Part shown: piece after piece, positions 40,088 through 49,795 of the stretch
How the letters are laid out: each line of letters starts with the position of its first letter
How positions within the stretch are numbered: the first letter of the stretch is position 1
Assembly (NCBI GenBank): GCA_963745235.1
Contig: CAVUXE010000009.1
Coordinates: 160,001-224,000, forward strand
DNA length: 64,000 nucleotides
Direction: 5' to 3'
From: an uncultured Spirochaetota bacterium
Lineage (GTDB): Bacteria > Spirochaetota > Spirochaetia > SZUA-6 > Fen-1364
Made by a program: the position numbers and the translations under genes
Notes under the pieces: generated by a model
Databases searched by the model: none
Told to the model about the DNA's origin: nothing
The model's input: the letters and a program-made list of their open reading frames with translations, nothing else

Positions 40088-40834
40088 CTACTTAGCCTTT
40101 CCCTGGCTCTTCACTGACGCCACCGCCTTCTGGAGCTCAGCCTCATCAGCAAGATAGTAGTGCTTGATTGGCGACAGCCTGTCATCCAGCTCATAGACGA
40201 GGGGAATGCCTGTGGGGATGTCCAGGCCGGCAATGTCCCTGTCCGAGATGGAGTCCAGCATCTTCACCAGGGCGCGAAGGCTGTTGCCGTGCGCCGCGAT
40301 AATGACCTTTTTTCCCTTCTTCAGGGACGGGGCGATGGTGTCATGCCAGTACGGCAGGGCGCGCGCCACGGTGTCCTTGAGGCACTCAGTGAGCGGAAGG
40401 TCCTTTTCCGCCAGGTCGCGGTAACGCGGGTCGTTCGAGGGATGCCGCCGGTCACTCTTCTCCAGCTTCGGAGGAGGAACGTCGTAGCTTCTGCGCCACT
40501 CGTGCACCTGCTCCTCTCCGAACTTCGCCGCGGTCTCAGCCTTGTTCAGGCCCTGCAGCGCGCCGTAGTGGCGCTCGTTCAGCCGCCAGGTGTTGATGAC
40601 GGGGATCCACATCAGGTCCATCTCATCCAGGGTCATCCAGAGGGTGCGGATGGCGCGCTTCAGGACCGATGTGTAGGCAAGGTCGAAGACGTACCCGTCA
40701 GCCTTGAGTCTCTGTCCGGCGCTTTTCGCCTCCGCCCTCCCCTTGTCGGAGAGATCCACGTCGGTCCACCCGGTAAACCTGTTTTCCTTGTTCCAGACGC
40801 TTTCACCATGTCGAAGCAATACGAGTCGGATCAT
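40088..40834 (-). CDS. gpmA: 2,3-bisphosphoglycerate-dependent phosphoglycerate mutase
   Basis: LRHGES-WN, LNERHYG and AAHGNSLR. Confidence 0.96.
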   Translation of the reverse strand: MIRLVLLRHGESVWNKENRFTGWTDVDLSDKGRAEAKSAGQRLKADGYVFDLAYTSVLKRAIRTLWMTLDEMDLMWIPVINTWRLNERHYGALQGLNKAETAAKFGEEQVHEWRRSYDVPPPKLEKSDRRHPSNDPRYRDLAEKDLPLTECLKDTVARALPYWHDTIAPSLKKGKKVIIAAHGNSLRALVKMLDSISDRDIAGLDIPTGIPLVYELDDRLSPIKHYYLADEAELQKAVASVKSQGKAK

Positions 40835-42033
40835 GCGCGTACTATATCGCCCGGCGCGCCGGCCTGCAATTGGGCCGCGAGCTTCAAGACTCCCTCGCGG
40901 AACACAGGGCCGGGAGTCAGGAGACTGAGAACGAGATGGCTTCCCGACGGGAAGTCGTAGAAATACCCGGGATGCACCACGACGCCATCCCGCTCGATGC
41001 ACCGCACGCAGATCTCCTCATCCGAGACCTCCTCAGGGAGCCTGACTACCGCGTACCAGCCGCCCTCCCGCTTCAGGATCCGGCAGGAGGGGACCACCCT
41101 GAGCGCCTCCTCAAGGGCGCGCTCGTTCTCCTCGAGCCGCTTCAGGATCTGGGCCTGGATTGCCTTCCTCTGACCGAGGATGATCGAAGCCCCGAGCTGG
41201 ACGGGCGTGGACACGGACAGGTAGGCATCAGCTATGAACTCCAGGCCCTCCGCGGCCCTGAGGCGCAGGTCCCGCGGGCCGTTCACGTGGGTCCATGCGA
41301 GCTTCATCTGCGGCAGGCCGACGATCTTGGAGAGCCCGTTCAGGACAAAGGTCAGCGCCCCGTTTTCCCCGGCAGCGCTGGAGACTCTGGTGGCATCCGC
41401 GCCGCGGCCGTAATCGCTGAACACCTCGTCCACGATGAGCGCCAGGTCGAACCTCCGGCAAAGCTCAGTGATCCCCGCAAGCTCGTCCTTTTTCAGGAAT
41501 GCGCCGGTGGGGTTGTTGGGGCTGACCACCACGATTGCCCGCGTCCGGTTGCTGATGGTGTTCGCAAGGCGCTCCAGGTCAACCATCCACCCCCGCCTGT
41601 CGTCGTAGAGGCTCCGATAGGGAACAAGTCGCACCGCCTCCAGCGTGGTCAGGACTTCCAGGAGCGGGTATCCGGGCACCGGGACAAGGATCTCATCTCC
41701 CGGGTCGGTCAGCAGCTTGAACAGGTACCCGTAGGCTTCACTGGTGCCCGAGGCAAGGACCAGGAAGTCCGGGTCCACTGCAACATCGCGTTCGCTGTAG
41801 TACAGGGAGACAGCTTTGCGCGCGGCCAGGAGCCCCTGGGGGTGAGGCTCATAGAGCATGGCGCCCGGCTGGACAAGCGCCCCGGAAATAGCGGCCTGGT
41901 CGTAGAGGATTGCGCTCCGCGTGGGGTTTGACTCCGTGAGGTCCAGGAGCGCCGCGCCGGCCTTCCTCCTGCGCTCCAGGGCCTGGGTGAGCCTGTTCGT
42001 GGTCGTGTTTTTCGAAATTCGATTGGAAAACAT
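40831..42033 (-). CDS. PLP-dependent aminotransferase class I/II
   Basis: SPNNPTG, DEVF and GLSK motifs. Confidence 0.9.
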   Translation of the reverse strand: MFSNRISKNTTTNRLTQALERRRKAGAALLDLTESNPTRSAILYDQAAISGALVQPGAMLYEPHPQGLLAARKAVSLYYSERDVAVDPDFLVLASGTSEAYGYLFKLLTDPGDEILVPVPGYPLLEVLTTLEAVRLVPYRSLYDDRRGWMVDLERLANTISNRTRAIVVVSPNNPTGAFLKKDELAGITELCRRFDLALIVDEVFSDYGRGADATRVSSAAGENGALTFVLNGLSKIVGLPQMKLAWTHVNGPRDLRLRAAEGLEFIADAYLSVSTPVQLGASIILGQRKAIQAQILKRLEENERALEEALRVVPSCRILKREGGWYAVVRLPEEVSDEEICVRCIERDGVVVHPGYFYDFPSGSHLVLSLLTPGPVFREGVLKLAAQLQAGAPGDIVRA

Positions 42034-42109
42034 TGCGCGGTTTGCCCGCTCGGGCGAAGCCCGGAGCGCTCAGGAGGCGCCCCGGGCTTTGGGTTTCAGG
42101 TGTTTGTGC

Positions 42110-43122
42110 TTAGAACTGGATCCGGGCGTTCACCATCCCGGCAAAGGATCCGCTCAGGAACTCGTACTCGGCCCCCAGGCCGATTTTCAGGATGAAGAGA
42201 TTGAACGAGAAGCCGCCGAAAACCCGGGTCGCGAACCCGTTTGCCCCCGCGGTGACGGCGAAGGTCTGGTTTGCGGTGGTGTAGTTCGTGCCGAGCGCGG
42301 AGTTCATCTGGTTGAGCTGCGTCTGGGTGGGCGCTACACCGTTGAGAAGGATTGCGGACTGCATGCCGCCGCCGGCATTCGATATACCAAACGACGCGCC
42401 GAGCCCGATATACGGCGTTATGATGAACAGCGACTTGCTGAGCTGAACCTTGAGATCGATCACGTTGGAGTTCCAGAAAAAGTTGAGCGAGGGATTCTGG
42501 AACTGAATGTTGTATGTGCTCCCTCCGAAGGAAACGCTTTGAATGGTCGGGTTTCCGTTCAGGACCTGCGGGATGGAAACGTTGCCTCTCATGTACGTGT
42601 ATCCGATCCCCACGGAGATGCCGGGCGCAAATCCGCTGTCCTTGACGAGCGCGTACCGGACGTCGCCGCCCAGGAGGAGGTAGTCAGCGGAAAAGTTGTT
42701 GATGTTCAGCGAGTTGGGCGATATGTAGCTGAACTTCAATCCGATATCGAAGGGCAGAATGAAGCCACCGATTCTCAAATCTATGGTATACGCGGGAACC
42801 GGTATTCCCAGGTTCTGCAGGAAGCTGAGGTTCGAGGGAATGTTCGGTGCGCCTCCCCCTGGAAAGTGCTGATTGCCCCTTTTATCGCCGAGTAGGGGAG
42901 AGTCGCGGCTCCTACAGTCAGCCCGAGGCCGAAATGCGGGAATTGCCCGATGTAAGCATCGGACCAGTTCAGTCCCACGGAAGTCTCCAGGGGGAGGGCA
43001 CTGGCGGTGCCGCTGGCGAAACCTTGAATTGCGCTCTGGAAAGCGGCAAAACTGGGGATGTTCTGTGCGAAAAGGGAACCGCCAACGACCACCAGCACCG
43101 CTACGAGGAGAAGCCTTTTCAT
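42110..43122 (-). CDS. Putative outer-membrane protein of spirochaete type, frameshifted around 42780-42850
   Basis: Signal peptide and WSDAYIGQFPHFGLG in ORF 42781..43122; RIGGFILPFDIG through a terminal F in ORF 42110..42778. Confidence 0.65.
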
Positions 43123-43170
43123 CTCTTTCCTCCTGACCCTCTGAAGGATACCTCAGCGGCAGCTTTTTTC

Positions 43171-43740
43171 CTATTGTTGCAGCTTCAGCCGTACGGAGCT
43201 CCGAAAGAAATGGCGTTCGGTCAGGTCCTTCCGCTGCCCCATTGCGAAGATGAGATCGAGGTGGCTTTGCCCCGAACTGATGTACGCGGCCGACCTCAGC
43301 GCGATCTCCAGCGTGGTCTTTCCGTCAGCCTCTTTCATGGCGTACGCGACTACCGTGGAGGGCACATCCCCGTAGACATCCCCGTGAGTGTGGGCTGTTC
43401 CCGTCTGGGGTTTGAGCCGGACCGTCCCGTCCGGCTCGATGACCCCCATGAAGATGGTCGCGCCGTCCATTTTCAGCGAACCAAGGCCAACCGCCACCCA
43501 GCCCGTCGTATGTGCGACAACCCCGAGGTACAGGGTGTCGACGGAGCGGTTTGCGTACAGCTTCAGGAAGCCGTAGTCATGGGAGTAGCTGTACTCATCT
43601 TCATGGACCACGCCGTCAACAGTCGTCGCGATCGAGCTAACGAGCAGCGGTTGCTGCTCCTCCCCCAGGCCGGCTCCCCCCAGGGCAAGAACCACCGCGG
43701 CAAGGAAAGCCGTTCTTCGAAGGGTTTGCCATGCTTTCAT
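43171..43740 (-). CDS. Secreted DOMON-domain protein
   Basis: Signal peptide; GWVAVG...MDGATIFMG; TTLEI; C-terminal His. Confidence 0.7.
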   Translation of the reverse strand: MKAWQTLRRTAFLAAVVLALGGAGLGEEQQPLLVSSIATTVDGVVHEDEYSYSHDYGFLKLYANRSVDTLYLGVVAHTTGWVAVGLGSLKMDGATIFMGVIEPDGTVRLKPQTGTAHTHGDVYGDVPSTVVAYAMKEADGKTTLEIALRSAAYISSGQSHLDLIFAMGQRKDLTERHFFRSSVRLKLQQ

Positions 43741-43753
43741 CGTCTGAATCCTC

Positions 43754-45073
43754 ATGAAACAATACAGAATTGCGATGCCCGCGGCGTTGTGCGTCTTTGC
43801 GCTTGCCGGCGCAAACCTCCTGTGGTCCCAGGCCGGGCCGGTTGCTGAGTCACAGCCCCCCGCGCCTCTGCTTGCCACTCCGTGGTATCAGACGCGAGTC
43901 ATGGGAGACCGCATCCTTGACCAGGTCCTTCTCTTCTACCTGGCAGAGGTCTGGCAGGGAAGCTCGGACGTCGGTGAGGTCCTGGATACCGCAAGCAGGA
44001 TCCGTTCGGAGGATGAATACAGCTGGACACGGGAATGGCAAAAGACCGCGGAAAGGCTCAGGCTGCTGGCCAGCACCAGCGAGCAGGCCGGCCACTCCTT
44101 CAGCGCAGGGCAGGCCTATCTCAGGGCGGCCACCTATTACCGCGCCTCGCTGCACAGGTATCCAACGCCCTCGGACCCGGCAGTCCGGGAGATGAGCGCG
44201 CTGGAGGCGGCATGCTTCACAAAGGCCCTCCGTCTGCTTCGGATCCCGGCGCAGCCCGTGAGGATTCCCTACGAGGGAACGACGCTTCCCGGGTACTTCT
44301 TTCGCTCCCCGGGTGCCGCAAAGAGGGCACCGGTGGTGATCGTGCACCAGGGGCGGGACGCATGGGCGGAAGACTGCCTGTATATCGCCCAGGAGGCGAT
44401 GCGCCGCGGCTACCATGCTCTGCTCTTCGACGGCCCGGGCATGGGACAGACCCTCAGGCTGCAGGGGCTCGCCTTCCGTCCTGACTGGGAGAAGGTCATA
44501 ACGCCCGTGGTGGACTTCGTGATCAGGGCTCCCGGCGTGGACCCCCGGCGGATCGCGTTGATGGGGCTCAGCATGGGCGGCGCTCTGGCTCCCCGGGCCG
44601 CGGCTTTCGAGAAGCGCCTGAAGCTCCTGATCTGCGATCCAGGAGTATACGAGTGGTCGCGCATCTACACGGATTTCCTCTCGCACGGAAACCCGGAGCT
44701 TGCCGAGATGCCGCGCAAGGACCCGGGGCGCTTCAACGCCCTGATCGAGCAGGCCGCCCGGGCGGATCCCGTCATCAGGTGGGGCATGGTGGACAGCATG
44801 TGGAAACACGGCGCGCGGAGTCCCGCGGAACTCCTCATCGCCATGGAGCAATACACGAACAAGGGCTTCGCGGAAAAGATCACCGCCCGGACGCTCGTGG
44901 TCGACGGCGAGGAGGAAGAGTTCGGCCAGGCCCGGGAGCTCTTTGATGCTTTGCGCTGTCCAAAGGACTACCTCCTTTTCACCCGGGAAGAGACGGCTCC
45001 CCTTCACGTGCAGGTCGGCGCTCTTGCGGTCTCCAGCCAGCGCATTTTCGACTGGATTGACGACTCCATCTGA
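43754..45073 (+). CDS. Secreted alpha/beta hydrolase (FrsA/DUF1100-like)
   Basis: IPYEGTTLPGYF, FDGPG-G, GLSMGG nucleophile elbow and C-terminal His. Confidence 0.88.
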   Translation: MKQYRIAMPAALCVFALAGANLLWSQAGPVAESQPPAPLLATPWYQTRVMGDRILDQVLLFYLAEVWQGSSDVGEVLDTASRIRSEDEYSWTREWQKTAERLRLLASTSEQAGHSFSAGQAYLRAATYYRASLHRYPTPSDPAVREMSALEAACFTKALRLLRIPAQPVRIPYEGTTLPGYFFRSPGAAKRAPVVIVHQGRDAWAEDCLYIAQEAMRRGYHALLFDGPGMGQTLRLQGLAFRPDWEKVITPVVDFVIRAPGVDPRRIALMGLSMGGALAPRAAAFEKRLKLLICDPGVYEWSRIYTDFLSHGNPELAEMPRKDPGRFNALIEQAARADPVIRWGMVDSMWKHGARSPAELLIAMEQYTNKGFAEKITARTLVVDGEEEEFGQARELFDALRCPKDYLLFTREETAPLHVQVGALAVSSQRIFDWIDDSI

Positions 45074-45126
45074 AGGGGCACCGCGAATCATGGCGTGCCG
45101 GGGAATGCAGGGTCCGAGGCTGGGTA

Positions 45127-45155
45127 TTGACAGATTTCAATCGTGAGTTTATTCT
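45127..45155 (+). promoter_or_regulatory. Sigma70-type promoter of the hyd maturation operon
   Basis: TTGACA-N17-TATTCT in an AT-rich patch. Confidence 0.75.
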
Positions 45156-45161
45156 CGATTC

Positions 45162-45246
45162 ATACCTGCGGTAAGGAGCTTCTCTGAAGCCAAGGGTCGC
45201 TGAATCAAAGCGCCTGCCTGTCCTCATCGCGGACGGGCTTTTTTTT
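45162..45246 (+). ncRNA. Candidate structured 5' leader (riboswitch/attenuator) or sRNA
   Basis: Lies between the promoter and the first gene; two hairpins closed by GCGG/CUGC, then an intrinsic terminator. Confidence 0.5.
45216..45246 (+). terminator. Intrinsic terminator inside the operon leader
   Basis: GCCTGTCC-TCATCGC-GGACGGGC stem (one G-U pair) followed by 8 T. Confidence 0.85.
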
Positions 45247-45324
45247 GGCGCGCCGCCTGAAAAGCCGCTTCCGCGCAGCACGACCTTCCGACCCTCCCTT
45301 ACCCGCCAGCAAGGAGACCATGCC

Positions 45325-45576
45325 ATGGAACAGAGAGCGGTCGGAGTCGTTGCGGTCATCGTGAAACAAAGGGCCACGGGAGCGCCGGAAGTGAACGAGG
45401 TGCTCACGCAGTTCGGAGACATCATCCTGGGGAGAATGGGCCTGCCCTACGCCGCGCGGGACCTGAACATCATCACGCTGATCGTGGATGCCACAACGGA
45501 CCAGATCGGTTCCCTCACGGGGAAGCTGGGAATGATCAGGGACGTCACGGTCAAGTCCACCCTGGCGCGGATCTGA
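45325..45576 (+). CDS. TM1266-family iron-only hydrogenase system putative regulator (ACT-like)
   Basis: VNEVL...ILGRMGLPY...LTGKLG...VKS; first gene before hydG. Confidence 0.85.
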   Translation: MEQRAVGVVAVIVKQRATGAPEVNEVLTQFGDIILGRMGLPYAARDLNIITLIVDATTDQIGSLTGKLGMIRDVTVKSTLARI

Positions 45577-45587
45577 GGGAGAGAGAC

Positions 45588-47093
45588 ATGCAGCACATGA
45601 CAACCCTGGAGCGGCGCTGGAAAGACAGCGTGATCAAGACTGATCAGATCAGCAGGTACCTTCATGATGGAAGGGATTTCATCGACGATGCTCTCATCGA
45701 GACGCTCCTTGTGCGCGGACGAGACCCTGACCCCGCGTTGGTCCGTGGCACCATCGCGAAGGCCCTTTCCATCGAGACACTCCTCCCCGAGGAGACCTCT
45801 GCCCTCCTGAACGTGACGGACCCCGGTCTGTGGGAGGAGATCTTCGATGCAGCCGCACGGGTCAAGAACGCCGTCTATGACAACAGGGTGGTGACCTTCG
45901 CCCCGCTGTACTGCGCCAACCGGTGCGTCAACCGCTGCGTGTACTGCGGCTTTCGGGCGGACAACGGCGCGGTGCAGCGCCGGGTCCTGTCCTTCGAGGA
46001 AATAGAGCGCGAAGCGCGGGTCCTTGCCGGGGAGCTGGGTCACAAGCGGATCGTTGCGGTCTACGGCGAGCATCCTTCCACGGGCGCCGACTATATTGCG
46101 GAAAGCATCCGGCGCATCTACTCGGTGAAGGTCCCCGTCCGCAAGGGTCGCGGTGAAATCCGCCGGGTGAACATCAACGCGGCCCCCCTGTCGATCGAAG
46201 ACCTCGTGACGATCCAGGAGGCCGGCATCGGGACCTACCAGGTCTTCCAGGAGACCTATCATCACGAGACATACCGGGGCGTGCACCCGGCGGGGACCGT
46301 GAAAGGCGACTTCGGGTGGAGGCTGTACGCGCTGCATCGGGCCATGGAGGCCGGTATTGATGACGTTGCGATCGGCGCCCTCTTCGGCCTGTACGACTGG
46401 AAGTTCGAGGTCATGGGCATGCTGTTCCACGCCCGGGACCTGGAAGGGCGCTTCGGAATAGGCCCTCACACGGTTTCCGTGCCCCGCATCGAGCCCGCCG
46501 TGAACACGGGCTTCGGCTGGCTGACTCACAAGGTCACGGACACGGATTTCAAGAGGTTGATTGCCGTTCTTCGCCTCAGCATCCCCTACGCGGGCCTCAT
46601 CGTCACGTGCCGTGAAAGCCCCGAGCTGCTGCGGGACGTGATCCCCATGTGCACGCAGCGTGACGCCTCCAGCCGTATTGGCATCGGCGCATACAGCGAC
46701 GAAGGGGGGGACCAGCAGGAGAGAAAACAGCAGTTTCTCCTCGGGGACACGCGGTCCCTGGACGAGGTCATTCGGGAGCTGGCTTCCCTGGGCTACATCA
46801 CCTCATTCTGCACGGCAGGTTATCGCTGCGGCCGGACCGGCAAGAACATCATGAACCTCCTGCGCACGGGGAAGGAGGGGTGCTTCTGCAAGCTGAACGC
46901 TGTCCTCACGTTCCAGGAATGGCTTGAGGATTTTGCGTCACCCGAAACACGGCGCATCGGAGAGGCGATCATCCAGAAGGAGATGGAGGAGATCAAGGCG
47001 AGGGAGCCCGTGGATTTCACTCCCGCAATCGTTCGCACGCTTACGGACTACCACGGCCGCATCAAGTCCGGTGAGCGGGACCTCTGCTTCTGA
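45588..47093 (+). CDS. hydG: [FeFe]-hydrogenase maturase HydG (radical SAM)
   Basis: FAPLY...CVNRCVYC, FQETYH, GPHTVSVPR and C-terminal CX5CX19C. Confidence 0.95.
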   Translation: MQHMTTLERRWKDSVIKTDQISRYLHDGRDFIDDALIETLLVRGRDPDPALVRGTIAKALSIETLLPEETSALLNVTDPGLWEEIFDAAARVKNAVYDNRVVTFAPLYCANRCVNRCVYCGFRADNGAVQRRVLSFEEIEREARVLAGELGHKRIVAVYGEHPSTGADYIAESIRRIYSVKVPVRKGRGEIRRVNINAAPLSIEDLVTIQEAGIGTYQVFQETYHHETYRGVHPAGTVKGDFGWRLYALHRAMEAGIDDVAIGALFGLYDWKFEVMGMLFHARDLEGRFGIGPHTVSVPRIEPAVNTGFGWLTHKVTDTDFKRLIAVLRLSIPYAGLIVTCRESPELLRDVIPMCTQRDASSRIGIGAYSDEGGDQQERKQQFLLGDTRSLDEVIRELASLGYITSFCTAGYRCGRTGKNIMNLLRTGKEGCFCKLNAVLTFQEWLEDFASPETRRIGEAIIQKEMEEIKAREPVDFTPAIVRTLTDYHGRIKSGERDLCF

Positions 47094-47108
47094 GGGCGGG
47101 ACCCTCGA

Positions 47109-48506
47109 ATGGACCATCGAACAGAAAAGGACCTCCTGGGAAACGTTCAAGTCCCCGCGCCGGCATACTGGGGCGCCCATACAGAGAGGGCCCGGGCAAA
47201 CTTCCCCTTTACCGGCTACCGCGTGCATCCCGACATGCTGCGGGCGTATGCGCTCGTGAAGAAAGCGTGCTGCCTCGCCAACGTGGAGCTGGGCCTCATG
47301 GCCGCAGAAAAGGGCGCGGCTGTCATCCAGGCATGTGAGGAGATTGCAGCCGGAGGGTTCGCTGACCAGTTTCCCGTCGACGCCTTGCAGGGCGGAGCGG
47401 GCACCTCGACGAACATGAACGTGAACGAGGTGATTGCCAACAGGGCAATCGAGATCCTCGGCGGAGCGCGGGGAGAGTACTCGCGCGTGCATCCCATCGA
47501 GGACGTCAATCTCAACCAGTCCACCAACGACACCTACCCCACGGCCCTCAAGGTGAGCGCAATCACGGGCCTGCGCAGGCTCAGCGAAGCCATCGCCGGC
47601 CTGCAGGGCGCGTTCCAGGAAAAAGAAAGGCAGTTTGCGGCCATCGTGACCATCGGCAGGACCGAGCTCCAGGAAGCAGTCCCCATCACCCTGGGGGCCG
47701 AGTTCTCGGGCTTCGCCGAGGCGGTGAGCCGCGACAGGTGGAGGACCTTCAAGTGCGAAGAGCGCCTGCGCGTGGTCAACATCGGCGGCACTGCCGTGGG
47801 CACCGGCATCAGCGCGCCCCGAAGCTACATCTTCCTCGTGATCGAGCGCCTGCGGGATGTCACGGGCATGGGGCTTGCCCGGGGGGAGAACCTCCTTGAC
47901 CAGACCGCCAACGCGGACTGCTTTGTCGAGGTCTCGGGGATCCTCAAGGCGCATGCGGCCAGCCTGGTGAAGATCTGCAGCGACCTGCGCCTCCTGAGTC
48001 TCCTGGGGGAGGTGCGGGTGCCCGGCGCGCAGGCAGGCTCTTCCATCATGCCGGGGAAGGTGAACCCCGTCCTGCTGGAAGCCGGCATCCAGGCCGGAAT
48101 GAAGGTCATGGCCAACGATGCGCTGATTGCGGACGCCTGCTCACGCGGCAGTCTTCAGATCAACGAGTTCCTGCCCCTGGTCAGCTTCGCCCTGCACGAG
48201 TCCCTGGACCTCCTGGCCCGGGTTGACGTCCGGCTGGCCGCGCACATCCGGGGATTCGAGGCGGATGAAACGCGCTGCCGCGCGTTTTTCGAAAGGAGCC
48301 CCATGATCATCACTGCCCTTCTTCCGCACATCGGTTACGACAAGGCCACGGAGCTGGTTCAGCAGTTCGCAGCATCCGCAGAGGAAAACGTAGTGGCGTT
48401 CCTCCGCGGGAAGCTGGGAGATGATCTGGTAGCGTCCGTATTCAGCGCGCGGAACCTGGTCGCGCTGGGGTACAAGGACACTGAGATCAAGGGCGGCACG
48501 GCATGA
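47109..48506 (+). CDS. aspA: Aspartate ammonia-lyase
   Basis: QGGAGTSTNMN, QSTND-YPT and GSSIMPGKVNP. Confidence 0.9.
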   Translation: MDHRTEKDLLGNVQVPAPAYWGAHTERARANFPFTGYRVHPDMLRAYALVKKACCLANVELGLMAAEKGAAVIQACEEIAAGGFADQFPVDALQGGAGTSTNMNVNEVIANRAIEILGGARGEYSRVHPIEDVNLNQSTNDTYPTALKVSAITGLRRLSEAIAGLQGAFQEKERQFAAIVTIGRTELQEAVPITLGAEFSGFAEAVSRDRWRTFKCEERLRVVNIGGTAVGTGISAPRSYIFLVIERLRDVTGMGLARGENLLDQTANADCFVEVSGILKAHAASLVKICSDLRLLSLLGEVRVPGAQAGSSIMPGKVNPVLLEAGIQAGMKVMANDALIADACSRGSLQINEFLPLVSFALHESLDLLARVDVRLAAHIRGFEADETRCRAFFERSPMIITALLPHIGYDKATELVQQFAASAEENVVAFLRGKLGDDLVASVFSARNLVALGYKDTEIKGGTA

Positions 48507-49795
48507 CGCAGGCGCCCAAATCTCTTCGGCTGCACATTGGCCTCTTCGGCAGGACCAATGTCGGCAAGTCCAGCTTCCTGAACATGATTGCGGGCCAGGA
48601 CGTTGCCATCGTCTCCCCCCTGCCGGGCACCACGACGGATGTCGTGGAAAAACCGATGGAGCTTCTGCCCCTTGGGCCCGTCGTCTTCCTCGACACGGCC
48701 GGGATGGACGACTCCTCGCAGCTTGCCGCGCTTCGCGTCGCGCGCGCCAGGAAGATCTTCGACCGCGCGGACGTGGTCCTGCTTATCCTGGAGCCGGGCA
48801 CCTGGACAAGCTACGAGGAGGACATCCTTTCCCAGGCTGAGGCCCGGAAAGCCCCCGTGATCTTCGTCATCAACAAGACCGACATTCGCGACCCCTCCCC
48901 GGAGTTTCTCGAAATGCTCCAGGGAAGATCTCCCCGGGTGGTTGCGTGCTCCAGCATCCGCGCGGCAGGACGGGAGGCGTGCCTCATCCAGCTCAAGCAG
49001 TACCTCCTTGATGTCTGCCCGGAGGAGTTCCTGGCACCGCCGCCCCTGATCGGGGACCTTCTTTCCGCGGGAAAGGGAGTGGGTCTGGCCGTGCTCGTTG
49101 TCCCCATCGACCTGCAGGCTCCGCGCGGGCGCCTCATCCTGCCCCAGGTCCAGACCATCCGCGACACCCTGGACTGTGACGCGGCTGTGGCGGTGGTGAA
49201 GGAGCGGGAGTACGCCGCGTTCCTGCAGCAGCTGCGCGCGCCGCCTGACATCGCCGTCTGCGATTCCCAGGTGGTCCTCAAGATGACGGGAGATACTCCC
49301 CGCGAGGTGCCGTGCACGACGTTTTCCATTCTCTTTGCCCGCAACAAGGGAGACCTCGTGGAGCTGGCGCGCGGCGCCGCGGTCCTCACTGACATCAGGC
49401 CTGAGGACCGCATCCTCATTTCGGAGGCGTGCAGCCACCATGCCATCGAGGACGACATCGGCCGGGTGAAGATCCCCCGGTGGCTGCGCCAGTACGTCGG
49501 GGCGGACGTGCACATCGACACGTGCGCGGGAAGGGACTACCCGGACAACCTGTCGCAGTACCGGCTGGTCATCCACTGCGGCGGGTGCATGCTCACCCGC
49601 AGGGAGATGCTCTCCCGCATCGCAAGGGCCCGGCAGGCGGGGGTGGCCATCACGAACTATGGCGTGGCAATATCCGTCCTTCAGGGCGTGATCGAACGGA
49701 CCCTTTCTCCTTTCCCCGCGGCGCTGGATGCATTCACGCGGGAAAAGCGCCGCCTGGAGGGCAGGGCGCAGCCCGCCCTGGCGCGAGAGAGATGA
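48503..49795 (+). CDS. hydF: [FeFe]-hydrogenase maturation GTPase HydF
   Basis: GRTNVGKS, DTAG, NKTD, EACSHH and HCGGC. Confidence 0.96.
   Translation: MTQAPKSLRLHIGLFGRTNVGKSSFLNMIAGQDVAIVSPLPGTTTDVVEKPMELLPLGPVVFLDTAGMDDSSQLAALRVARARKIFDRADVVLLILEPGTWTSYEEDILSQAEARKAPVIFVINKTDIRDPSPEFLEMLQGRSPRVVACSSIRAAGREACLIQLKQYLLDVCPEEFLAPPPLIGDLLSAGKGVGLAVLVVPIDLQAPRGRLILPQVQTIRDTLDCDAAVAVVKEREYAAFLQQLRAPPDIAVCDSQVVLKMTGDTPREVPCTTFSILFARNKGDLVELARGAAVLTDIRPEDRILISEACSHHAIEDDIGRVKIPRWLRQYVGADVHIDTCAGRDYPDNLSQYRLVIHCGGCMLTRREMLSRIARARQAGVAITNYGVAISVLQGVIERTLSPFPAALDAFTREKRRLEGRAQPALARER

Noticed and set aside
45186-45217. Partial resemblance of the hyd leader to c-di-AMP (GCUGAAUC) and c-di-GMP aptamers (AAGCC..GGGUC)
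   Set aside because: The remaining conserved cores are absent and the leader is too short; kept as unassigned.
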